This document shows, piece by piece, positions 39,712 through 48,612 of a DNA stretch of 64,000 nucleotides. This stretch comes from Bradymonadia bacterium (lineage in GTDB: Bacteria > Myxococcota_A > Bradymonadia > UBA7976 > UBA1532), in contig JBKAGE010000038.1 of NCBI GenBank assembly GCA_046290225.1, positions 256,001 to 320,000 of the forward strand, in the 5' to 3' direction. The notes beneath the pieces are model-generated. The model was not told the DNA's origin, made no database searches, and saw only the letters and a program-made list of their open reading frames with translations. The number at the start of each line of letters is the position of its first letter. Positions within the stretch are counted from its first letter, which is position 1. Position numbers and translations under genes: made by a program.

Positions 39712-41202
39712 TCAGTACCAGAGGGCCTTGAGCTCCCCCACCGCCTGCTTGACCCGCTCTGGGGTCAGCCTCGCCATGTCCATCAGATCGAGCACGAACT
39801 TCACCGCGGTCCGCGGGTTGGTGAACGAGCCATCTGAGAGACCATTGAAGATCAAATCACCGATGAGGCCCGCCAGTGGCTCCACCCGAGGCAGCAGCTT
39901 GGGGTGACGCTCGGCGTAGATCTGCACGATGCGCCGGGCCATGGCCCGATAGTCCTCGGTGTTCAGGGGGGACAGCTCGGTGAGTCGATGACTCGGCATC
40001 ATCTCTGTGAGCAGCGTCTCCCCTTCGGCAGTGGGGGTCATGGCCATGACTGTGTAGAGCGGACAATCCCCCGGGAACCGATGGGGCAGTGACTTCATGG
40101 CGCCTCGGCCACCCTTGGGCTCGGCCTCGGGGGCAAAGGGCAGCTCGTCAGGGGGCAGCGAAGCCGCCACGAGGGCCCGGAACAGGCGCTCGGCGAAGCG
40201 CCTGTTCTCGGCGCCGAGCACACGGAACAGCTCCCCCTCATCGAGCAGGATCACCAGCCCCTTGTAGCCCGCGCAACGGCACAGCCCCGCCACCCCGCTG
40301 ATGAGGTGGGCATAGATGTGAGCCCAGGGGCGATAGTCCATCATCGCCGGCAACGCCCGCTTGTTGTAGAGGCTGAACCGGCGGTTCATCGCCGGGGTGT
40401 GCTCCTGGGGCGCCCCTTCGAGCCATTCGATGACCGAGGCGGCCTCTTCTTCGTCGATGCGGGCGAGCAGCTTCAACGCCGGCGTCAGGTAGGGGTGGGG
40501 CACGACCGGATCGAGGAACCGGGTGTTCAGGCTCGCCGACTCCGTGGCCAGCGCCCGCTCCAGGAGAGGCTGCAGGCCGCGCCCCCCCTCCCCCTGGCCG
40601 TCGATGGCGGGGTGGCGCAGGCTCTTCATGAGCCCGCGGTACACCCGGCGGGGGTTGCTCGCAGGCACGTCGACGGGATCGAGAGAGACCATCCCCACGG
40701 CAAAGCCTGCATCGAGGGCGCGGGCGGCGATGCACTCGAGCAGGTGTGTCTTGCCGGTGCCATAGTCGCCGAGAAACACCCGCGCGGCGCCGCGGGCTTC
40801 TTCGGGGCTGTCGATGCAGGCCTTCAGATCTGCGTCGATGCGCGCCAGCTCTCGATCGCGGCCCACAGTGTAGAGTTCGAGGCCTCGGGCAGGCACTGTG
40901 CCCAAGCGCAACGCCTCGAGCAGCTGCAGACGATCTCGGGACAAATCGGGTGCGGTGAAGTCACCGGGCGGCTCTGGTGGCGCGCTGGGCTCGGGCTCTG
41001 GCGGCAGGCCACCTTGAGGGATGAGCTGGCCTACGGGCAGCTGGATGTCCACGCGGCCCAGATCGTCGAAGCGGACGAGGGCAGCGCGGCCCGCCCGCAC
41101 CAGACGCACCACCTCGCCGGCGCCATGGATACGATGGGTAATGCGATCTCCGGGCTGCAACACCCGCCGGGGTGAGGCTTCAGAAGTCGTCAAAGCCATC
41201 AT
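39712..41202 (-). CDS. BrxD/DUF2791-like P-loop ATPase with N-terminal Tudor/SH3-like domain
   Basis: LEALRLGTVP...YTVGR, Walker A GDYGTGKT, GYKGLVILLDEGE (Walker B); N-terminal GDRITHRIHGAGEVV...VRFDDLG. Confidence 0.8.
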   Translation of the reverse strand: MMALTTSEASPRRVLQPGDRITHRIHGAGEVVRLVRAGRAALVRFDDLGRVDIQLPVGQLIPQGGLPPEPEPSAPPEPPGDFTAPDLSRDRLQLLEALRLGTVPARGLELYTVGRDRELARIDADLKACIDSPEEARGAARVFLGDYGTGKTHLLECIAARALDAGFAVGMVSLDPVDVPASNPRRVYRGLMKSLRHPAIDGQGEGGRGLQPLLERALATESASLNTRFLDPVVPHPYLTPALKLLARIDEEEAASVIEWLEGAPQEHTPAMNRRFSLYNKRALPAMMDYRPWAHIYAHLISGVAGLCRCAGYKGLVILLDEGELFRVLGAENRRFAERLFRALVAASLPPDELPFAPEAEPKGGRGAMKSLPHRFPGDCPLYTVMAMTPTAEGETLLTEMMPSHRLTELSPLNTEDYRAMARRIVQIYAERHPKLLPRVEPLAGLIGDLIFNGLSDGSFTNPRTAVKFVLDLMDMARLTPERVKQAVGELKALWY

Positions 41203-42502
41203 CCTCTTCGTCGGCGTCGAGCAGCGTCTGGGCGCCCCCCATCACCCGCGCCCCAGCGTCGACGGCGTCGATTTGAGTCTCACCCGAGAGCGCCTGCTCC
41301 GTGAGCAACGCCACCCACGACTTCACGAAGATGCGCCGGTGGCTCACCTCGAACTGGGCCTCAGAGGCCTCTTCGGCGAGGGCCCGCAGGTTTCGGCCCT
41401 GCACCTCAGGGTCGAAGCGCCGTTTTCGGGCGATGGAGAAGACCTCCAGAATTCGGGCCCCGATGGCCTCGAGCAGCTTCGCAGGGGGCAGGTCGAGGGC
41501 CTCGAGATCGATGAGGGCCGACTGCGGGCTGGTCACCGAGAGGGGCACGGGGCTCGACAGCCGCTGCTGCAGCGCGGGGTACTCGGGCACCACGTTCCGC
41601 AAAAACTCCGGCGGCACGGCGTAGGCCACCATGACCCCCGGCAGCGCCGACTTGCCGCACAGATCCACCATCTCCCGCAGATTGTCCGTGAGGCGGGTGC
41701 GGTTGCGGGTGGTGGCCCCGATGCTCAGGTTGCGGTCGAGCTCGTCGAAGAGCAGCACGGTGCCGGTGAACTCGAGGCCCTTGAGGGCCTGACACACACC
41801 CCGCAGCATGGCGAAGGCGTTGCTCTTGGTGATCGATTCGAAGACCCCCACCTCGCGGTGACTGCTCGGCGGCACCTCTTCACCGAGCAGCCAGGCGGCG
41901 AGTACATCTTGCTTGCGCAGATCGTCGTCGAGCACCGCGAGGCCATACTCGGAGATGGCGTTGCGCAGAGAAGGGCTCTCCACAGGCAGGTTGCGCACGG
42001 TGCGGTAGAGCCACGCCCGGACCGCCCGATCGCCGTGCTCGTCCCGACGGGCCTCCACGAGATCCCGCAGCAGATCGGGCAGCCCCGTGGTGGGCAGCAG
42101 CGGCTCGTCACCGGGGGGCGGCGCCCGCAGGGCCTTCACCACGGCCCGATAGACCGCCAGGGGCTCGTGGAACGGACACTCGGAGGGCGAGAGCCCCACA
42201 TAGGCGCTGGCATAGCCCGAGGCCCAGGCGAGATCTCGCAGGCACATCAGGAAGTGGGTCTTGCCTCCGCCGTAGTAGGCCTGCACCAGCTTGAAGGTGG
42301 ATCCCCCGGCAGGGAGCAGCATGTCGAGATACTCGTCGCGGATCACGTCGAGGTAGGTGTGGTTGCCCACGTTGATGTGAGCCACACCACGCTCTGGAGG
42401 TGTACCCGTCTCTCCGAGGCTCTGGATGATGCGCATGGCCTGGGGCCTGGAGAGCGCGTCTACGGCGTCGGTGGCTGTTGCTACGTGAATGTCATCGCCC
42501 AT
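41180..42502 (-). CDS. BrxD/DUF2791-like P-loop ATPase
   Basis: IIQSLGETGTPP...NVG, FKLVQAYYGGGKTHFL (Walker A), GTVLLFDELD (Walker B) and YPALQQRL. Confidence 0.82.
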   Translation of the reverse strand: MGDDIHVATATDAVDALSRPQAMRIIQSLGETGTPPERGVAHINVGNHTYLDVIRDEYLDMLLPAGGSTFKLVQAYYGGGKTHFLMCLRDLAWASGYASAYVGLSPSECPFHEPLAVYRAVVKALRAPPPGDEPLLPTTGLPDLLRDLVEARRDEHGDRAVRAWLYRTVRNLPVESPSLRNAISEYGLAVLDDDLRKQDVLAAWLLGEEVPPSSHREVGVFESITKSNAFAMLRGVCQALKGLEFTGTVLLFDELDRNLSIGATTRNRTRLTDNLREMVDLCGKSALPGVMVAYAVPPEFLRNVVPEYPALQQRLSSPVPLSVTSPQSALIDLEALDLPPAKLLEAIGARILEVFSIARKRRFDPEVQGRNLRALAEEASEAQFEVSHRRIFVKSWVALLTEQALSGETQIDAVDAGARVMGGAQTLLDADEEDDGFDDF

Positions 42503-42503
42503 C

Positions 42504-43358
42504 TCAGGCTCCTGTCCGCTTGAGGGTGAACGACAGGTAGTACTGACCGCCTCCGGGGCCAGACTCCAAGAACAGCACCTTCTTCTTTTGAGAGGCAGAG
42601 CCTGCGGTGGCGGTGCCCAGCACGATGCGCCATCCGCCTTGCTCCAAGGCTCGAGCTTTCTGCAGCTGATCGAGCTCCCAGGCGAGGCGCGCCCGGGTCA
42701 CGGTGATCAGTCGGCGTGGATCCTGTCGCTTCCAGAAAGCGTCGCTCTGCCGCGCCGGCAACAGCTCGGGGATGAGATCGACGAGGAACACACGCTCACC
42801 CCCTGGCAATGACTTGCGGCCGAGGAGGGCTCGATAGGCCCCGGTGATCTGCTCGAAGACCTCTGCGGCGTCGAAGCCCCCCGAGGTGAGCTCGGCCATG
42901 GCCTTGCCCACCCCGCTGACCAGCGCTCGGGGCTCTGCTGAGACCTCCGTCAGGGGCTCTCGGGCGTAGCAAACCTTCGCCACGCCCTTGTCGAGATCGA
43001 GCACCGCCGTGGCCTCTCCAAGGCGCACCTCGCTCTGGGTGAGCCGGGCGAAGGCCACCCCCTGGCTCTGCGCCTCGGCCTTGAGTCCGTTGAGGAACTG
43101 CATGCGCCAGGCCCCGCGGGCTTGCTCTATGGCCCCCTTGAGGGCATCGACGGTGGCCTGCTCGATGGGGGCGCAGGACAACGCGGAGAGGGCGTCGAGG
43201 GCCTTGAGCGCCGCCACGGGCGAAGTGGCGGGATCACCGACGGCCTTGAGGGCCTTTTCGGCGGCGGTGGCGGCCTTCAGGGCCTGCTTCACCGCATCTC
43301 GGGCCTCGCCCCAGAGGGTCGCGAGATCGCCGTCTTGGGGAGGGTGAGCTGAGGTCAA
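42504..43358 (-). CDS. Hypothetical protein, first gene of the twin-ATPase operon
   Basis: TTG start with RBS AGGAG; helical N-terminus; the stop is 1 bp before the ATPase ATG. Confidence 0.7.
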   Translation of the reverse strand: MTSAHPPQDGDLATLWGEARDAVKQALKAATAAEKALKAVGDPATSPVAALKALDALSALSCAPIEQATVDALKGAIEQARGAWRMQFLNGLKAEAQSQGVAFARLTQSEVRLGEATAVLDLDKGVAKVCYAREPLTEVSAEPRALVSGVGKAMAELTSGGFDAAEVFEQITGAYRALLGRKSLPGGERVFLVDLIPELLPARQSDAFWKRQDPRRLITVTRARLAWELDQLQKARALEQGGWRIVLGTATAGSASQKKKVLFLESGPGGGQYYLSFTLKRTGA

Positions 43359-43569
43359 TGAGATACTCCTGGGCCGTGATTGCCGGCGCACGGCCTGTGA
43401 AGGCTCACCGCGTCCTTCGCGCGTTGCACTCTGGACGCGGTGTTTTGAGATCTGGGATTTGGAATCAGGGGTTGAAAGAGGTGGTATAGGAATCTTGCGG
43501 CGTGATCCAGCGTCACTTGGACACCTCGTTTTGAAGCCCGGAACACCACGCACCATTCATTGAGAGCCC

Positions 43570-44874
43570 ATGCCTGAGATCAATCCCGTCGTCGAGCTCT
43601 GGGCTCGGGACTTCTCCCCAGATGTCGTGCGCTGCCTCGCGGTTGCGTGTGGGACCCCCACCCGCGGGCCGAAGCGGCGCTTGCCCATCACCACGGTGGC
43701 CAAAAGGTGTGTCGAGGCCCTCCTCGCCGAGGGCCCCGACGAGCTGGTCCCCCACATGGAGCCGGGTGATCGAGAGCTGCTGCGCCAGGTCCTCGGCCAC
43801 ACCGCCGAGACCCTCGGCCCTGCAGATCCCTTTCGGGCAAGCTGGGCCGCGCTGCAGCGCATGGCTCCGCCAGAGCCCGTGAAGCCTGCGGCCCGCACGC
43901 CCGACGGCACCGCTGACGACCTGGTCGTGGTTCTGCAAGGCGGGCTCACGTGTCATGCACACCCCCTGCCCCACAGCGCCCGGTTGCTGGTTCATGGTCG
44001 AGAGGTGGCTGCACAAGTGGAGGCGCCGAAGGTCTTCGACGCCCTCAGAGGCAAGAAGCTCTGGCTGCCCTCTCAATGGCGCGAGACGCCGGAGCGCACC
44101 CTCGACCGCTTCACCGAATGCCTCGAAGGCCCTGACTTCACTCAGCGGCGTCTGCGGGCCCGCGCCTGGCCGCGGTTGTTGTCGCTGCTGCCCATGGTGC
44201 AGCCCGTGAGCAAGGTGAGCTTCGCCCTGGGAGAAGAAGGCGAGCGGCTCAAGGGCTGGACCCCACGGCAGCTGCTGCGGCTGGTCTTCTCGTCCTGGCT
44301 GCGGCACGACGATTACGATGGTCTCGAGTCTCTGATTCGAGTGAGCGAGCGCGACGAGATCGTCGATCTCACGGGGATCACCACAGCGCCTTTGCGGCGG
44401 CTCAAAGCAGTGGGCGCGCTCAAGCTGCTGCCTGTGGGTCAGTGGGTAGATATGGCGCGGTTTCTCGAACACGCCTATGCCCTCGACATGTTGCCTCAGG
44501 TGGCGCCCAACATGGTGATCTGGGGCTACGACCCAGGGCGCTGGATGGCGTTCCGTCTGCCCCCGGATGATCCCCGTGGGCCTCTCTACCGACTCACGGC
44601 CCCTTTCATGCTCACGGTGCTCTTCGAGGTGATGGCCACCCTCGGGATCATCGACGTGGCCTGGCTCCGGGGCGGGCTGGGCATCTTCCGACGCCACGAC
44701 ATGGTGTCGTACCCCGACATCAAGCGGGCACAGCCATACGATCGGCTGACGCACGTTCGGCTGACAGAGTTGGGGGCCTGGTTGCTGGATCCCTACAACG
44801 GGGTCCCAGAGGCATCAGGTGAGGCAGGAGGCGGCGCCGGAGATCTGGACGCCCTCGCGGACTTGCTGCTCTGA
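43570..44874 (+). CDS. Protein resembling the N-terminal part of XPB/Ssl2 helicase-associated proteins
   Basis: LFEVMATLGIIDVAW...YDRLTHVRLTELGAWLL is the segment that usually precedes the helicase-associated domain; the ORF ends shortly after it. Confidence 0.5.
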   Translation: MPEINPVVELWARDFSPDVVRCLAVACGTPTRGPKRRLPITTVAKRCVEALLAEGPDELVPHMEPGDRELLRQVLGHTAETLGPADPFRASWAALQRMAPPEPVKPAARTPDGTADDLVVVLQGGLTCHAHPLPHSARLLVHGREVAAQVEAPKVFDALRGKKLWLPSQWRETPERTLDRFTECLEGPDFTQRRLRARAWPRLLSLLPMVQPVSKVSFALGEEGERLKGWTPRQLLRLVFSSWLRHDDYDGLESLIRVSERDEIVDLTGITTAPLRRLKAVGALKLLPVGQWVDMARFLEHAYALDMLPQVAPNMVIWGYDPGRWMAFRLPPDDPRGPLYRLTAPFMLTVLFEVMATLGIIDVAWLRGGLGIFRRHDMVSYPDIKRAQPYDRLTHVRLTELGAWLLDPYNGVPEASGEAGGGAGDLDALADLLL

Positions 44875-44877
44875 ACG

Positions 44878-45537
44878 TCAGCGCAGGGTGCCCTGATCGA
44901 GGCGGGCGCAGGCCACCGCATATTGTGCGGCGGTCTCGTCGGCGACAGCCTTGAGGTTCCCCTTGCGGATCTTGCGATGCGCGCGTTTCGCCTTCTTGAA
45001 CAGCGCCTTGGAGAGGGCCTCTTCGCTGAGGTGCTTCTTGCTCCGTTTGCACATGGTCTCGGCCCAGGTGCCCATGTCAGCCCGCACCTCGTCGAGCGGG
45101 TCGATGTCCTCGCCCCCGTTGGCCACCTGATTCAGGTAGCGGGCGAAGGCCCCCGGTGACGAGACCTTGGTGACCCCCTTCACCTCGAAGCGGCTGGTGC
45201 ATTGTGCGGTGATCGAGTCGCTCTGTTTGCGCACCGAGCGCCCCACGGACTTGGCCATCTGGCCCTTGAGCACCACCCACACCTCGCTGGCGCCGGCGTC
45301 ACGGCCGTTGATGTTCAGGCTTTCTACCCGCATCAGATCGCCCGAGGAGGGCTTCCCGTTGGTGTCCCGATCCCAGAGGCTGCCCTGCAGCACATAGCGC
45401 CGCTTGCCCGCCTTGAAACTGTGACTGATGTCGGACCACTGAATCTGCCCGAGCTCTTTGGGACAGACTGGAGGGGCCGTCATCACTGGGGGGCTGCTCA
45501 ACCCCGCCCACAACATGCCCGCCAACCAGATACTCAT
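44878..45537 (-). CDS. Secreted hypothetical protein
   Basis: RBS AGGAGGT; hydrophobic N-terminus; DRDTNG loop. Confidence 0.6.
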   Translation of the reverse strand: MSIWLAGMLWAGLSSPPVMTAPPVCPKELGQIQWSDISHSFKAGKRRYVLQGSLWDRDTNGKPSSGDLMRVESLNINGRDAGASEVWVVLKGQMAKSVGRSVRKQSDSITAQCTSRFEVKGVTKVSSPGAFARYLNQVANGGEDIDPLDEVRADMGTWAETMCKRSKKHLSEEALSKALFKKAKRAHRKIRKGNLKAVADETAAQYAVACARLDQGTLR

Positions 45538-45742
45538 ATCACCTCCTGTAGGCGCTCGAGACACGCCCTCGGTGTGCATACGCTACAACAAGCGTGCCAT
45601 TCAACAGAGCTGGGATTTGATGAGGCAGGTCGACGGTTACGCCCGCGATGGCGCTGTACGCAGACGAGGGTGGGGTCAGGGTTGGAGACAGCGGTGGGGC
45701 CATCGGTCCGAGACCCGGAGGTCTCACTCCATGGCGGGTGGA

Positions 45743-46768
45743 TCAGCCCTCTGAGGGCGTCCCACCAGCGGCGAGCACAGGATCAACGAGCAGTTTCTTC
45801 TCCACAGGGGCCTCTTCTGCAGGAGCCTCTTCTACAGGGGCAGATTCAGCAGCAGCCTCAGGCGCAGCAGGGGTCACCGGCGGCGCGTCGGGGAGCACCT
45901 CGGCGAGGGGTTTCGGCGGTGCGGCGTCGGCGGCGCGGGCCTCGGCAGTCCGGCTGGCCTCGGCAGCCTGCGCCTCTGCGGCGACGGCGTCGCGGGCCTC
46001 ACCCTTGAGGGCCTCGAGCTTGTGGGCATAGGCCTGCTCGCGGCCCTTGTCCTTGTCGACGAGGGCTTCGTACTGCTGCTGCAGGATCTTGTAGGCCTTC
46101 CGCTCGGAGCGCAGGTGATGCTGCATGTCCCGGACGGCGGCCTCGGCCTTGTTGACCTCGCTGGCCCGGCGCTTCTCGGCGCCGCGGGCGTCACGCTCCG
46201 CTTTCTCTACGCGGGCCTTCAGGGCGTCGCGCTCGCTGGTGACGCCGTCGAGCTTCTCCTCGAGGCGCTGCAGCTTGAGATCGTCGTTCGAGCGACGGGG
46301 GCGAGGCGCTGGTGCAGGCTCGGGCCGAGGTGCCGGTGCAGCCTGGACCTTGGGGGCCGGAGCAGCCGAGGCCAGCTTGCGCTCGGCCTCCATGCGGCCG
46401 GCGAGGGCTTCCTCCGCAGCATCCTTGGCCTCGAGCATGGCCTTGCGCATTGTCTCGAGCTCGGCGGTGAGGCTGGCGTTCTTCTTCTCGCCCTGAGCAG
46501 CCTTCTCTTCGGCGGCAGCCCGACCCTGCTGGGCCTGCTGCACCTTCTTCTCGGCCTTCTTCCTGGCCTGGCGGGCATCGGCGAGGGCCTGCTCGTGATC
46601 ACTGGCCTTGTTGTTGGCCTTGCTCTTCGCCTTGCCCTTGGACTTCTGCTGTGCCTCAGCGAGGGCGCTCTCGGCATCAGCCAGTTTGCGGTTGGCCTCG
46701 TCGAGGGCCTGGCTCAGCTCGTCGTACTTCGCTTTGGCCACACCACCGAACAGCTCTGCCAGACCCAT
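45743..46768 (-). CDS. Coiled-coil hypothetical protein with Pro/Ala/Glu-rich tail
   Basis: Long Ala/Glu/Lys heptad stretches; RBS GAGAGG; strong codon bias. Confidence 0.75.
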   Translation of the reverse strand: MGLAELFGGVAKAKYDELSQALDEANRKLADAESALAEAQQKSKGKAKSKANNKASDHEQALADARQARKKAEKKVQQAQQGRAAAEEKAAQGEKKNASLTAELETMRKAMLEAKDAAEEALAGRMEAERKLASAAPAPKVQAAPAPRPEPAPAPRPRRSNDDLKLQRLEEKLDGVTSERDALKARVEKAERDARGAEKRRASEVNKAEAAVRDMQHHLRSERKAYKILQQQYEALVDKDKGREQAYAHKLEALKGEARDAVAAEAQAAEASRTAEARAADAAPPKPLAEVLPDAPPVTPAAPEAAAESAPVEEAPAEEAPVEKKLLVDPVLAAGGTPSEG

Positions 46769-46977
46769 ATTCGACCGCCTCTCTCAACAAGATCTGATAT
46801 ACGGTTGACACACGCTCGCCCACTGCACACCCAGATGTGTGCCGTGGCGCAAGGCGGCGAACGATAACCATGAAACCTGCCCAGGGCAAGAGTGCTGGAG
46901 CAGCGACGGATGAATCGTCTGCAGCCTTGACGTCGGCGGCTCGCCGGTGATGATCGGCGCGGTCCGGAGGCCCCTCG

Positions 46978-48336
46978 ATGCGCACACCACTCACCCGGCG
47001 TCTTTCACGCCCCCTCGCCCTGGCTTTCACCACAGCCACGACGTTGTGGTGCGCCGGCTGTGCATCCGGCGATGCCCAGATTGCGCCAGTGGCCCCGGAG
47101 ATCCCCTCGGAGGGTACTCTCGAGGTGCCCACCGATCGTGGCGCCGCCGCAGCGGCACACACAGCAGGTAAGGCTGATGGTGAGTGTGGTGATTTCCCCA
47201 GCTGGGCGCTGGAGCACCTCGACGACACCCGATGTCGCAAAGCACAGCCCTCCAGCAACGATCGCTCCTGGATGTGCCCCACAACGCACACCTCCGAGAA
47301 GGCCTCGCGCCTCGACACTGGCGCTGAGGTGGTCTACCGCTCAGAGGGTGCCTTTGTAGAGGTCGACGACACCGCCCTCGTCGATCTCGTGCCGCCTCAC
47401 ATCCGCATGACCCTCATCCTGATCCGCCGGATCGATGGGGTGCCGCACTTTCGCTACCTGAGCAATGGCGCCCACGACGAAGCCCGAGAAACTTGGAGTT
47501 CCTCGAAGTTCCTCGCCGTGGCCAACGCCGGCGCCCACATGCGAGAGGCCTCACAAGGTGTGGTGGGCCTCGACTCGGTGGTGAAACTCGACTCTGGCGA
47601 GGCGCTGCCCCTTGGTGATCTCGTCACTGTGATCCACAGCTATGATCAGCGGCGCTTCACCTCCAACGGGCTCGCTCGGTGGTTCCACGACATCGGCGGC
47701 CGCGACCGGGCCAACGCCCTGGTCCACGCCGGGTGGCTCGACCGTCCGGCCTCCGAGACCTTTGGTGGCAACTATGGCGCCCCGGCCCCTGCCCTGCCCC
47801 TGCGTTTCGACGGATCGGCAGGCGCCCTCACCCTCGAGGCCGATGACACCACCGGCCCCGACAACACACTCTCGACCTTCACCCTCGCCGAGGCCCTCAA
47901 ACGCCTGGTGCTCCATCGCGAGCTGGCAGGCAGCCGCATGCCCCACCTGACCTGGGCCGACGTGCAGGTCCTGCTTTATGGTGCACCACAGTCATCGGCA
48001 TACGGCCAGGACGCCCCCCAGGGCATGCAGGGCGACACCGCGATCTATGTGCAGCAGGCCCTCGACCTGCCCAGCCTCGAAGCCCGCAGCCAAGGGCAAT
48101 GGCGCATCTTCTCCAAGCTCGGGGCTGGCCCCTCACGGGGTGGAGAGATCGTGCACAATGCCTATGGATGCCTTCCGGTCCTCGACGAGGCAGGTCGACC
48201 TGTCGCAGACCAGGGCAAAGAATTCGTCATCGCCACCCACATGAGCGCGGGGGGCGACATGAAGGCCGCTGATCAGCAGCTGGCGCGCCTCTACTCTGCC
48301 CTCATCGAGCGTGTGCTCGATGGAAGGCTCAAGTGA
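46978..48336 (+). CDS. Lipoprotein of the serine beta-lactamase/PBP-like superfamily
   Basis: Cys-containing signal (CAGC); WSSSKF (SxxK), FTSNG and FSKLG (KTG-like). Confidence 0.6.
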   Translation: MRTPLTRRLSRPLALAFTTATTLWCAGCASGDAQIAPVAPEIPSEGTLEVPTDRGAAAAAHTAGKADGECGDFPSWALEHLDDTRCRKAQPSSNDRSWMCPTTHTSEKASRLDTGAEVVYRSEGAFVEVDDTALVDLVPPHIRMTLILIRRIDGVPHFRYLSNGAHDEARETWSSSKFLAVANAGAHMREASQGVVGLDSVVKLDSGEALPLGDLVTVIHSYDQRRFTSNGLARWFHDIGGRDRANALVHAGWLDRPASETFGGNYGAPAPALPLRFDGSAGALTLEADDTTGPDNTLSTFTLAEALKRLVLHRELAGSRMPHLTWADVQVLLYGAPQSSAYGQDAPQGMQGDTAIYVQQALDLPSLEARSQGQWRIFSKLGAGPSRGGEIVHNAYGCLPVLDEAGRPVADQGKEFVIATHMSAGGDMKAADQQLARLYSALIERVLDGRLK

Positions 48337-48402
48337 TCCCACAGACCTGCGTCCACGAGCAGGGGCCCTGCCTCCGCTCGAGGTCGCCTCAGGAGAGATG
48401 CT

Positions 48403-48564
48403 GTGATCGATAAACTTCTGGATCTCATCAAGCAGCTGATGATGGCCTTCTTCATGCGCATGGCCTCCGAGGTGGCCCGAGGCATCATCAACGGCCTCAT
48501 CCAGGGCCTCATGGCCGCCTTCGCCGAGGCCCTCGGGCGCAAGCAGCAGGCAGCTGCGAGCTGA
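48403..48564 (+). CDS. Small 53-aa amphipathic protein (not in ORF track)
   Basis: AGGAGAG precedes GTG; reads MIDKLLDLIKQLMMAFFMRMASEVARGIINGLIQGLMAAFAEALGRKQQAAAS with host-like GC3 bias. Confidence 0.6.
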   Translation: MIDKLLDLIKQLMMAFFMRMASEVARGIINGLIQGLMAAFAEALGRKQQAAAS

Positions 48565-48612
48565 GCGTCTCCCTATCTTTCACCTTCACCCCCCAATCGA
48601 GAGGGATCCCCC

